Positions 9,185 to 19,030 of a DNA stretch of 64,000 nt are shown here, in pieces. The stretch is from Methanothrix sp. Lineage in GTDB: Archaea; Halobacteriota; Methanosarcinia; Methanotrichales; Methanotrichaceae. The stretch lies in NCBI GenBank assembly GCA_963682135.1, contig OY821645.1, positions 32,001 through 96,000 of the forward strand, given 5' to 3'. The notes beneath the pieces are model-generated. The model ran no database searches, was not told the origin of the DNA, and saw only the letters and a program-made list of their open reading frames with translations. The position numbers and the translations under genes were made by a program. The first letter of the stretch is position 1, and each line of letters starts with the position of its first letter.

Positions 9185-10402
9185 TTGATAACCCATAGCT
9201 CGGCATATATGCTCGCAGAGGTGCCGTCCCTGCCCAATATCATTCCCGAATTCGAATTATCTGTAGTCATGCGGCATATAGCCTACCGAAAAAGAGGCAC
9301 TTTCCTCTCTGTGGCAGCTATTGCACTAGCTGTGGCCATATCTCTGATATCCGTATCCATGCAGGATGGGTTTCAGGGTATGCTTTTTGATATAATTGTT
9401 GAGGATCTTCCTCACGTTACCGTCACACCAAGGGAAGGCGATGACTACATTTACCTTTACAAGACCCTCATGGATCGGATTTGGTCCATTCCCGGTGTGG
9501 TTGCCGTCTCTCCCAGCCTGGGAACAGAAGTGACATTCGCCTACAAGGACAACGTGGAAAGCGTAGCCCTGTCTGGCGCAAATCCGGCGGATATAGATAA
9601 AATCTACCACATAGGAAAGCATGTTTTCCAGGGAGACCTCTCTTCCATCCAGAATGGCAATAAGGTGGTGCTGGGAGAAAAGCTGGCCGATAGGCTGAAG
9701 GTCAAGCTGGGACAGACGATCTTTGCCGGCATTCCTGGTGTTGGTGGCAGCAGCCTGGTAGTCTCCGGTATCTTCAGGCTGCCCACGGGATGGCCCGAGA
9801 ATATAGCCTTCGTATCCCTCTCCACAGTCAGAGAATTCTCAACTGAAGGTGATGTGGTCTCTTCAGTCGATATAAAGCTGAATGATGTCTATTTGGCAGA
9901 TGGCGTTGCCGCAAATTTGCGGGGGCAGGGATACAAGGCAGAGAGCTGGCAGACTCTTTACCCTGAGATCTTGAAGACGCTGGCCATAGAAGAGTTTCAG
10001 AACCGACTTGTAATGTTATTGATAATGATAATAGCCGCCTTTGGAATTGGCAGCGTAATGTATATGCTGGTTAATGAGAAGACCAGCGAGATTGGCATGT
10101 TCATGGCCATGGGAGCCTGCGGCAAGAACATAAGAAACATCTTCCTCTTGGAGAGCGCCATCCTGGGTTTGATGGGCGGCTTGCTGGGAAGCATCCTGGG
10201 TCTTGCCGTTGCCCTTTATCTGAAGAGCCTGGATATCAAAATGCAGGCGCCCGGGGGGCAGGAGATAGCCTTGCCGGTGGTGATCAATGCCGGCAGCTTC
10301 ATAACAATAGTGCTGGTGGCGGCAGCCCTGAGCGTGGTTGCAGGCTTGTATCCTGCCTGGAAGGCATCCAGGCTTGATCCTGCTCTGGCCATCAATGGAT
10401 GA
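9185..10402 (+). CDS. ABC transporter permease, LolE/MacB-FtsX family (start probably further downstream)
   Basis: N-term TM, periplasmic domain, EKTSEIGMFMAMGA, AGLYPAWKASRLDP. Confidence 0.9.
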   Translation: MITHSSAYMLAEVPSLPNIIPEFELSVVMRHIAYRKRGTFLSVAAIALAVAISLISVSMQDGFQGMLFDIIVEDLPHVTVTPREGDDYIYLYKTLMDRIWSIPGVVAVSPSLGTEVTFAYKDNVESVALSGANPADIDKIYHIGKHVFQGDLSSIQNGNKVVLGEKLADRLKVKLGQTIFAGIPGVGGSSLVVSGIFRLPTGWPENIAFVSLSTVREFSTEGDVVSSVDIKLNDVYLADGVAANLRGQGYKAESWQTLYPEILKTLAIEEFQNRLVMLLIMIIAAFGIGSVMYMLVNEKTSEIGMFMAMGACGKNIRNIFLLESAILGLMGGLLGSILGLAVALYLKSLDIKMQAPGGQEIALPVVINAGSFITIVLVAAALSVVAGLYPAWKASRLDPALAING

Positions 10403-11577
10403 GTGATGAGGATAAAATGTATGAGTTTACCATAGCCAAGAGTCACATCCTCAGAAATCCTAAGCTCGCATTCTTCACAGTCGCAGCAGTTACGCTGGCC
10501 GTAGCTGTGATCGTCGTCTTCATGGGCCTCTTAGGAGGCTTTGAGGAAGAGATCATCACGACTACTGTCGAGAACAATCCTCACATTTACGTTCAGCCCA
10601 AGTCAGACGAGAAGTACATCTATCTTTATAGAACCGTCTCCGCCCGTTTGTGGGATTATCCTGAAGTGGAAGCGGTCTCAGCGAGGCTGATTGGAAAGGG
10701 CGCGGCCAAGTACAAGGATAAGGTGAGGGGAGTAGAATTCCTGGGAGTCAATCCGACGAATGAAGACTTATTGATGAAGGTTAAAAAGGATATTGTCATT
10801 GGCAACTTTCAGGATCTGGAGAACAGAAAGCTTTCGGCCTTTATGGGGACCAAGCTGGCCGAAGAGTTGAAGCTGCAGCCAGAAGACGATTTTATCCTGG
10901 CGAGAGGAAACATATCCCTGCGCCTCAGGGTTGCCGGCCTTTTTGAGACGGGATCGGCCAAAGACAAGACTCTGATCTACATCCCTCTTAGCACAGCCCA
11001 GGATCTGGTAGGAAAAGGAGATGTAGTCTCCGAGGTGGACGTTGGGATAAGTGACATCTACCAGGCACCTTACATAGTCTCCGACCTCAAAACAAGATTC
11101 CGCTATGAATCCAAATCCTGGGAGGATATGAATGCCGATATCTTAAAGCTCATTCAGACCCAGTCCATCTTCTCCTGGATATTCTATATACTCATATTCG
11201 TTATAGCCGGATTTGGCATAGCCAATACCATGATAATGATAATTAGCAGAAGGACAAAAGAGATAGGCATTCTCATGGCCATGGGTGCCACCAGGCAATC
11301 TATTCTCAAGATATTCATGCTGGAGAGCCTGATCCTGGCCCCGCCTGCCGCAGTGCTGGGCAGCATCCTGGCTTTTATGGCAGCCCGGCTCATCATGTCC
11401 TACGACATCCAGCTTCCTTCCGAGATATACATGGTATCCAGGATGAACATCACCATGAAGCCGGAGTTCTTCATTTATGCCATCGTCTTTGCCCTGGCTG
11501 TTAACTTTGTGGCGGGGCTATATCCTGCCTGGAAGGCTTCCCGCATGGACCCGGTGGAGGCGATAGGGAGCATATGA
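10399..11577 (+). CDS. ABC transporter permease, LolE/MacB-FtsX family
   Basis: RTKEIGILMAMGA, AGLYPAWKASRMDPVEAI; paralog of preceding gene. Confidence 0.9.
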   Translation: MSDEDKMYEFTIAKSHILRNPKLAFFTVAAVTLAVAVIVVFMGLLGGFEEEIITTTVENNPHIYVQPKSDEKYIYLYRTVSARLWDYPEVEAVSARLIGKGAAKYKDKVRGVEFLGVNPTNEDLLMKVKKDIVIGNFQDLENRKLSAFMGTKLAEELKLQPEDDFILARGNISLRLRVAGLFETGSAKDKTLIYIPLSTAQDLVGKGDVVSEVDVGISDIYQAPYIVSDLKTRFRYESKSWEDMNADILKLIQTQSIFSWIFYILIFVIAGFGIANTMIMIISRRTKEIGILMAMGATRQSILKIFMLESLILAPPAAVLGSILAFMAARLIMSYDIQLPSEIYMVSRMNITMKPEFFIYAIVFALAVNFVAGLYPAWKASRMDPVEAIGSI

Positions 11578-14500
11578 CGGCAATCATGAACTACTCAGAT
11601 ATCAGGCAAAACGTGATCTTGCGAGGGCCATTATTTCCCGAACCAGTCCAGGTTATCACAGTAATTCCAATGGGAGATGCAATCAAACTAATTGGAAAAG
11701 GACTAAACACAGGCAAGCTTCATGATCCCATATTATCCACAGAGCAACTGGCAACTCTAGAGATAACTCCGGAAGATGAACCATTTGATGGTGATGCCGG
11801 AAACTTCCGCCTGGGCGTTGAAGCTATGCGACTCGCCCTAGCCTACGAATACGATCCTTACTTCACCCTGTCGATTGCCAGAGTAGATCCACTGCCTCAT
11901 CAACTGGAAGCCGTCTACGACTATTTCCTGAAGCTTCCTCGCATACGCTTCCTCCTGGCGGATGACCCAGGAGCGGGCAAAACCATCATGGCCGGTCTAC
12001 TAATTAAGGAATTAAAGATTCGTGGCCTGATCAAGCGCATACTCATTGTCTCTCCTGCCAACCTCACCTTTCAGTGGCAGCGTGAGATGCAAGATAAGTT
12101 CAGAGAACATTTCGAGGTATTGAGAAGCGATATTCTCCGGGCTAACTACGGCTCCAATCCCTGGCAAGAGAGAAACCAGATTGTGACTTCCATGCCATGG
12201 GTTTCCATAATCGAGGATGCCAAAGAGAGCCTTCTGCGCAGTCATTGGGATCTCATCGTTGTGGACGAGGCCCATAAGATGAGTGCCTATAGCCAGGATC
12301 ACAAAACTCTGGCTTACCAGTTAGGTGAGGCGCTCTCCGACAGAACCGATCACCTCCTTCTGATGACAGCAACGCCTCATAAAGGCGATCCGGAGAACTT
12401 CAGTCTCTTCTTGCGATTACTGGATAAGGATGTCTACGCCGATATAAAGAGCCTTGAAGAAGCGATGAGGCGGCACGAGGCCCCCTTCTACCTTCGCAGA
12501 GTAAAAGAGGCAATGGTAAGCTTCCCAGATCCGGATACTGGTAAGGTCAAGAGTCTTTTTACGAGAAGGCTGGTCAAGACTATTGAATTTGAAATCGACA
12601 GTGATGAATGGGATTTGTACAACTCATTGACAGAATATGTTCAGGCGCAGTCAATTAAGGCGTCGCAGGATGACTCAGCCCGCGGACGCGCACTTGGCTT
12701 CACGATGGCCATGCTGCAAAGAAGGTTTGCTTCCAGCATCTATGCCCTGCGGCGCAGTCTGGAGCGAATCAAGGACAAGCGAGAAAAGGTACTCAAAGAC
12801 CCCGAGGGTTATCGTCAGCTGCAGAAGCTCAAGAAAGTGCCTGAGGATTATGAAGAATTGCCCGAGGACGAACAGCAAGAGATACTCGATGACCTGGAGA
12901 GCGTTGTAGCGTCCATCGATCCTGATGCTCTTAAAGAGGAAATATTCCAGCTTGGCAAGCTGATAGATCTGGCCCGACTTCTGGAGCAGCGGGAAGTTGA
13001 ATCAAAGCTACGCAAGTTGAAGGACGTACTAACAGAGCAGGGTGTCTTCAAGGACCCGAAGATGAAGCTGCTCCTATTTACTGAACATAAAGACACTCTT
13101 GACTATCTAGCGGGGGATGGAAAGGATGGGCGACCCCTGGGAAAGCTACGAGATTGGGGCCTGTCCGTCACCCAGATTCACGGCGGCATGAAGATAGGCG
13201 ACCGGGATACCCCCGGCACGAGAATAAATGCAGAACGGGTATTCAAGGAGGAGTGCCAGGTCATGGCGGCCACCGAGGCTGCTGGAGAGGGCATTAATCT
13301 GCAGTTCTGCTGGTTCATGATCAACTACGATATACCCTGGAACCCCATGAGGCTGGAGCAGCGCATGGGCCGTATCCACAGGTATGGCCAGGAAAAGGAC
13401 TGCTTGATCCTGAACTTTGTTTCAACAAAAACCCGTGAAGGAAGAGTGCTGCAGAAGCTTTTCGAAAGGATCAAGCAGATTGAGAAAGATCTTGATCCCC
13501 AAAATACGGGCAAGGTGTTCAATGTCCTGGGCGAAGTTCTTCCCGCGAATCAGCTTGAGCGGATGCTGCGGGATATGTACGCCAACATTACTTCAGAAGA
13601 TGCTATCAAGAGCCGCATTGTTGAGGAAGTGGACATAGACCGCTTCCGGCAGATCACTGAGCACACTCTTGAGGGGCTGGCAAAGAAGGAGCTGAACTTA
13701 TCTGCCATCATCGGTAAATCGGAGGAGGCCAAGGAGAGGCGTCTGGTTCCTGAGGTAATAGAGGACTTCTTCCTCAAGGCGGCGCCGCTGGCCGGCATAA
13801 CCCTGAAAGAAGTAAAGCAAAATCCGCATGTCTACCGACCTGGTGGAAAGGTTCCGAGAAACCTCTGGCCGATAGGCGAGGCTCAAGAAAGGCAGTATGG
13901 CAAACTGGGCAAGGAATACAAGCAGATAGTCTTTGATAAGGCGCTCCTTGCCAAAGACTCCACTGTGGAATGGGTGACTCCCGGCCATCCGTTGTTTGAG
14001 GCAGTCAGGGTCTGTGCAATGCGGATAGTGGAGGCGGACCTGAGAAAGGGTGCGATCTTCTTTGACCTTTACAGCAAAGAGCCTTCCCGGTTAGATGTGT
14101 ACTCCGCGGCGATCAAGGACGGCCGTGGTAACGTCATACATAAACGCATATTCGTGGTCCGGACGGATATGGACGGCGCCATCACCATCCGGCAGCCTAC
14201 GATCTTTCTGGATCTGATACCATCAACGAAACAAGTCTCGCCTCCGGATGGAAATGGCCTGCCACAGCGCGATCAATTAGAACAGTCCTTGTTTAATATG
14301 GCGCTTTTGCCTTTCCTGCAAGAGATAAACGCCCAAAGGACAAAGGAGATAGAAACTATCGAACGCCATATGGAGATCAGCCTCAACGAGCTGATCGTCA
14401 GGCAGAACGTGATCCTGAGCGAGCTGATTGAGAAGCAGCAAGCGGGAGAGACGGCGCAGCCCATTGCGGCCAGCAAAAAATCCACAGAGGATCGCCTGGA

Positions 14501-15032
14501 AGATCTATTTGAAAGGCTGGAGCGGCGCAGAAGAGAGCTGATCCAGGAGCATAATCTCACCATCTCCGATATCCAGCATCTTGGCCGGGCCTGGGTGCTG
14601 CCTCACCCGGAAAGAAAATCGCCGGGAATGGTACAGATGATTCAGGATGAGAGAGTTGAGAAGACTGCAATTCAGGCTGTCATCGCTCATGAGGAGGCTC
14701 GGGGCTGGAGGGTCGAGAGCGTGGAGCAGGACAGCCGGGGTTTTGATCTGATCTCAAGGAAACCCCATCCGGAAGATGCGCAGACGGCGGTAGAGGTTAG
14801 ATTCATCGAGGTGAAGGGGCGAGCCGGGGTGGGTGAGATTGCCCTGACATCCAACGAATACAGGACAGCGGAGAGGCTGAAGAATGACTACTGGCTTTAC
14901 GTAGTCTTCAATTGCTCCTCGAAGCCGCAAATACATCCTATCCAGAACCCGAGCCGCCTGGGATGGGAGCCGCTGGTGAAGATCGAGCATTATTATTTAA
15001 GATCAGAAAAAATTAAAACATTCGTTTTGTAA
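11574..15032 (+). CDS. SNF2-family helicase with C-terminal DUF3883 (NOV-C-like) nuclease domain
   Basis: LLADDPGAGKT, DEAH, TATPH, EGINLQ, EQRMGRIHRYGQ; C-term GFDLIS...RFIEVKGR...LTSNE. Confidence 0.9.
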   Translation: MTAIMNYSDIRQNVILRGPLFPEPVQVITVIPMGDAIKLIGKGLNTGKLHDPILSTEQLATLEITPEDEPFDGDAGNFRLGVEAMRLALAYEYDPYFTLSIARVDPLPHQLEAVYDYFLKLPRIRFLLADDPGAGKTIMAGLLIKELKIRGLIKRILIVSPANLTFQWQREMQDKFREHFEVLRSDILRANYGSNPWQERNQIVTSMPWVSIIEDAKESLLRSHWDLIVVDEAHKMSAYSQDHKTLAYQLGEALSDRTDHLLLMTATPHKGDPENFSLFLRLLDKDVYADIKSLEEAMRRHEAPFYLRRVKEAMVSFPDPDTGKVKSLFTRRLVKTIEFEIDSDEWDLYNSLTEYVQAQSIKASQDDSARGRALGFTMAMLQRRFASSIYALRRSLERIKDKREKVLKDPEGYRQLQKLKKVPEDYEELPEDEQQEILDDLESVVASIDPDALKEEIFQLGKLIDLARLLEQREVESKLRKLKDVLTEQGVFKDPKMKLLLFTEHKDTLDYLAGDGKDGRPLGKLRDWGLSVTQIHGGMKIGDRDTPGTRINAERVFKEECQVMAATEAAGEGINLQFCWFMINYDIPWNPMRLEQRMGRIHRYGQEKDCLILNFVSTKTREGRVLQKLFERIKQIEKDLDPQNTGKVFNVLGEVLPANQLERMLRDMYANITSEDAIKSRIVEEVDIDRFRQITEHTLEGLAKKELNLSAIIGKSEEAKERRLVPEVIEDFFLKAAPLAGITLKEVKQNPHVYRPGGKVPRNLWPIGEAQERQYGKLGKEYKQIVFDKALLAKDSTVEWVTPGHPLFEAVRVCAMRIVEADLRKGAIFFDLYSKEPSRLDVYSAAIKDGRGNVIHKRIFVVRTDMDGAITIRQPTIFLDLIPSTKQVSPPDGNGLPQRDQLEQSLFNMALLPFLQEINAQRTKEIETIERHMEISLNELIVRQNVILSELIEKQQAGETAQPIAASKKSTEDRLEDLFERLERRRRELIQEHNLTISDIQHLGRAWVLPHPERKSPGMVQMIQDERVEKTAIQAVIAHEEARGWRVESVEQDSRGFDLISRKPHPEDAQTAVEVRFIEVKGRAGVGEIALTSNEYRTAERLKNDYWLYVVFNCSSKPQIHPIQNPSRLGWEPLVKIEHYYLRSEKIKTFVL

Positions 15033-15074
15033 TTGCCATTATTCAAATTGAATCCAAGGGAGTGAGGTGATATA

Positions 15075-15977
15075 ATGAAGGATAGTATGTTAAAATTAAG
15101 TGAGCTATTCAATTATATTGGACCGTTAGCAGCTGTCACTTTGTTGTTCTTATTTATACGATATATATATCTTACATCCTTCTTTAGGAGATTATCACTC
15201 ACCTATTCTATCTTTTCACTTCCCACGGATTTCCAATTAAATGAAATTATGGGTGTATTTTCAATAACACTATATGTATTGTTTATTATCCTAGCAATGA
15301 AAAGCCAGCTAACAGAAGATTTCGATAGAAATATTTTCGGAAAAATTTGGGTTTCAATTTTTATTTTCATTATATTTATACCGATTACATTAGTGATAAA
15401 TTATTTTATTGATTACTCCGGATCTTTATTATTATTATTTTTATCTTTCTGTATTTTAGTATATTATTCTGATATGAATCAAGATAAGGTAAAGCATCAT
15501 GATTTAAAGAAATGGCACGAGATATCACTGGATGTAGCAAACGTAAAATTAGAGTCCAGCGAAACAGATAAATCTCTTTCTGGCGCAGATATCGCATATT
15601 ACCTATTTATATTATTCATATTAATATTGCCTACGATAGTAGTTGCTGCTTATTTAGGAAATTTGCATGCCGAAGAATTGATGGGAGGAAACTCTAATAA
15701 TTGCATCGAAGTTAAATTGATCCTTGATGAAAGTAGAATCCCACTTCCAAACAGTACCTTTATTCTTATTTCTTACCAAAATGGAAACTATTTTTTGATT
15801 GAAAAGAATAAGTCAAAACCGAAAGATCCTACAGCTTATATTATAAATGATAACTATGTAAAAGAAGCTCGATTAAAACATTCGAGCAAAGATACAATTA
15901 ATTGGTTGTCGGAGGAAATTGATTCAATTACCAACACAGTTAAGCACTATTTAACGCCAAGGATCAATCCAAGATGA
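15075..15977 (+). CDS. Hypothetical multi-pass membrane protein (AT-rich)
   Basis: About 5 hydrophobic segments; stop overlaps the methyltransferase ATG. Confidence 0.7.
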   Translation: MKDSMLKLSELFNYIGPLAAVTLLFLFIRYIYLTSFFRRLSLTYSIFSLPTDFQLNEIMGVFSITLYVLFIILAMKSQLTEDFDRNIFGKIWVSIFIFIIFIPITLVINYFIDYSGSLLLLFLSFCILVYYSDMNQDKVKHHDLKKWHEISLDVANVKLESSETDKSLSGADIAYYLFILFILILPTIVVAAYLGNLHAEELMGGNSNNCIEVKLILDESRIPLPNSTFILISYQNGNYFLIEKNKSKPKDPTAYIINDNYVKEARLKHSSKDTINWLSEEIDSITNTVKHYLTPRINPR

Positions 15978-18925
15978 ATACATACCCCAAGCGCCTCATT
16001 GAAGTCGATTTGCCCATAAAGAAGATCAGCGCCCATGCCCGCCGGGAGAAGTCCATCCGGCACGGTCACATCTCGACGCTGCATATCTGGTGGGCGCGCC
16101 GGCCATTGGCCGCCTGCCGGGCGGTGATCTGCGCTGCTCTCTGGCCCGACCCGGCCCAGGATGACTGCCCACCAAAGTTTCGTGAGGATGCCTCCGCCAT
16201 CATGGCCCGCTTCAGAAATCCCCTCGGCAGGAGCGATCTGGATTTTCACGATCCAATGGCGCTGCGCAAAGCCCTGCTGGACTTCATCGCCGACTTTGCC
16301 AACTGGGACAACTCGACCAGGAAGGAGTATCTGGAGACGGCCCGCGCCCTCACAGGCTCGGCGCACCTGGCCCTGGGTGGCCTGCCCGGCACCCGTCCGC
16401 TGGTGGTGGACCCGTTCGCAGGCGGCGGCTCGATACCGCTTGAAGCCCTGCGGGTGGGGGCAGACGCCTTCGCCAGTGACCTCAACCCTGTTGCCGTCTT
16501 GCTCAACAAAGTTGTCCTGGAGTACATACCGAAATACGGCCAGACGCTGGCGGATGAAGTTCGCAAATGGGGCGAGTGGATCAAGATCGAAGCGGAGAAG
16601 GAGCTGGGCCGGTTTTATCCAAAAGATCCGGATGGAGCGACTCCCATCGCTTACTTATGGGCGCGGACGGTCACCTGCGAGGGGCCGGGCTGCGGGGCAG
16701 AGGTGCCGCTCATGCGCTCCTTGTGGCTGGCAAAGAAGAGCCGCCGCTCGGTAGCACTGAAATTCATCCCGGACAGGGAAAAGAAGCATGTCGATTTTGA
16801 GATAATCCAGGATTTCAAGGCCCAGGATGTGAGCGAAGGCACAGTGCGGCGCGGCTCGGCCACCTGTCCCGTCTGCGGCTATACCACGCCCGTGGCATCA
16901 GTGCGAAAGCAGCTCAAGGCCCGGCGGGGCGGAGCGGCGGACGCCAGGCTCTTTTGCGTGGTCACAACGAGGCCAGGGCAGCAGGGGCGCTTTTACCGGC
17001 TGCCGACGGAGAGGGATCTGCAGGCCGTCCGGAACGCAGCGGAGGAGCTGGAGCGAAGGAAAGCGGCGCACACCGGGGCATTGAGCCTGGTGCCGGATGA
17101 GCCGACGCCGCTGGGAGGGGGCAGCGGAGCCGGAAGGGCTTTCTCACAGAGAAACTACGGCATGGATCTGTTCGAGGATCTTTTCACCCCCAGGCAGGCC
17201 CTGGCGCTGACCACGCTGGCCCGAATGGTGCGGGAGGCTGGCCGGAAGCTGGCGGAGGAGAACGACGCCGGTATGGCGGGGGCGGTGCAGACATGCTTGG
17301 CGCTAGTGGTGGATCGACAAGCTGATGCGACATCTTCTCTTTGCAGGTGGCATGTAACTGGAGAAAAACACACCGCAACGTTTAGTCGTCAAGCAATCCC
17401 AATGGTTTGGGACTTTTCCGAAGTAAATATTCTCTCAGCTTCTACCGGCGGATTCCCTGGCGCGATCGAATGGGTTTCCCAGGTTTGTGAATCAATTTCA
17501 CTTGTTTTATCTTTTGGTCAAGCGGGGCAGGCAACTGCAACAACAAATCCGCTTCCCGACGACTCTGCAAGGCTATTTCTTACAGATCCGCCATACTATG
17601 ATGCAGTTCCTTATGCAGATCTCTCTGATTTCTTTTTCGTATGGCTGAAAAGGACTTTAGGGGATCTGCACAGTACCATATTCAATGCAGTCCTAACTCC
17701 AAAAGACGAAGAATGTATCGTCGATGAAGTGAAGGGAAAGGACAAAGTCTATTTTGAGGCTAAAATGGGGCTTGCGATGTCGGAAGGCCGTCGAATTCTA
17801 ACGCCGGATGGCATCGGCATCGTCGTCTTCGCCCACAAATCTACAAGTGGCTGGGAGGCCTTACTGCAAGCAATGATTGATGCAGGCTGGATATTCACTG
17901 GTTCCTGGCCCATCGACACTGAGATGGGCACAAGACTTCGAGCCATGGACTCCGCCGCTCTCGCCTCCTCGATCCACCTTGTCTGCCGCCCCCGTGAGAA
18001 CCCGGACGGCTCCGTTCGGGAAGACGACGTGGGCGACTGGTCCGACGTGCTGGCCGAGCTTCCCCGCCGCATCCACGCCTGGCTGCCCGGCCTGGCAGCC
18101 GAGGGCGTTGTCGGCGCTGATGCCATCTTCTCCTGCCTGGGGCCCGCCCTGGAGATCTACAGCCGCTACACCCGCGTGGAGAAGGCCAGCGGCGAGGTTG
18201 TGGCCCTCAAGGTGTATCTGGAAGAGGTCTGGGCGGCAGTCTCCCGTGAGGCGCTGGGCATGATCTTCGAGAGCGGGGACGGCTCGGGCCTGGAGGAAGA
18301 CGCCAGGCTGACTGCCATGTGGCTGTGGACCCTCTCAGCCGGAGCCGATAATGGAGATAGTAGTAGCAATAGTAGTAACGAGGGTGAGGGCGAGACGGAT
18401 GAGGACAAAACGCCTAAAGCCACGCTGAAGGGCTTCGTCCTGGAGTATGATGCGGCACGGAAAATTGCGCAGGGCCTGGGCGCACATCTGGAGAACCTGA
18501 CGACTCTGGTGGAGGTAAAGGGCGACAAGGCCCGGCTTCTTCCTGTCTCCGAGCGCACTTCTTATCTCTTCGGCCAGGTGCAGGCGTCTCCTGCCACCAA
18601 AAGAGAGCGCAAGAAGAAAACGGAGCAGCAGACCACGCTTTCCGGAGGCATCGTGCACCAAGCCGAAAACATGACGAGCGGGCCGGCGGGCGAACTCACC
18701 TCACCGGCCCCCGGCTCGACCGTGCTGGACCGGCTGCACCAGGCCATGCTGCTGTTTTCGAGCGGCAGAAGCGAGGCGCTGAAAAGGTTCATCGAAGAGG
18801 ACATCAGCCAGGATCAGGGGCTGTGGAGCCTGGCTCAGTCGCTGTCTGCTCTCTATCCTGCCGGAAGCGAGGAGCGGCGGTGGGTGGAGGGGGTGCTGAC
18901 AAGGAAGAAGAGCCTGGGGATGTGA
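15974..18925 (+). CDS. DUF1156 adenine-specific DNA methyltransferase
   Basis: LHIWWARRPLA, motif I DPFAGGGSIP, CxxxxC/CPVC zinc ligands, catalytic DPPY. Confidence 0.9.
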   Translation: MNTYPKRLIEVDLPIKKISAHARREKSIRHGHISTLHIWWARRPLAACRAVICAALWPDPAQDDCPPKFREDASAIMARFRNPLGRSDLDFHDPMALRKALLDFIADFANWDNSTRKEYLETARALTGSAHLALGGLPGTRPLVVDPFAGGGSIPLEALRVGADAFASDLNPVAVLLNKVVLEYIPKYGQTLADEVRKWGEWIKIEAEKELGRFYPKDPDGATPIAYLWARTVTCEGPGCGAEVPLMRSLWLAKKSRRSVALKFIPDREKKHVDFEIIQDFKAQDVSEGTVRRGSATCPVCGYTTPVASVRKQLKARRGGAADARLFCVVTTRPGQQGRFYRLPTERDLQAVRNAAEELERRKAAHTGALSLVPDEPTPLGGGSGAGRAFSQRNYGMDLFEDLFTPRQALALTTLARMVREAGRKLAEENDAGMAGAVQTCLALVVDRQADATSSLCRWHVTGEKHTATFSRQAIPMVWDFSEVNILSASTGGFPGAIEWVSQVCESISLVLSFGQAGQATATTNPLPDDSARLFLTDPPYYDAVPYADLSDFFFVWLKRTLGDLHSTIFNAVLTPKDEECIVDEVKGKDKVYFEAKMGLAMSEGRRILTPDGIGIVVFAHKSTSGWEALLQAMIDAGWIFTGSWPIDTEMGTRLRAMDSAALASSIHLVCRPRENPDGSVREDDVGDWSDVLAELPRRIHAWLPGLAAEGVVGADAIFSCLGPALEIYSRYTRVEKASGEVVALKVYLEEVWAAVSREALGMIFESGDGSGLEEDARLTAMWLWTLSAGADNGDSSSNSSNEGEGETDEDKTPKATLKGFVLEYDAARKIAQGLGAHLENLTTLVEVKGDKARLLPVSERTSYLFGQVQASPATKRERKKKTEQQTTLSGGIVHQAENMTSGPAGELTSPAPGSTVLDRLHQAMLLFSSGRSEALKRFIEEDISQDQGLWSLAQSLSALYPAGSEERRWVEGVLTRKKSLGM

Positions 18926-19030
18926 TGAAATTGGATTACTTTCGGGGTGCTAGCATCAGATCTATTAAGATGAAATTAACCTAAGAATAATACCGTCTGT
19001 AAACGCACGATCTGGTGGGGATAAATAAAA

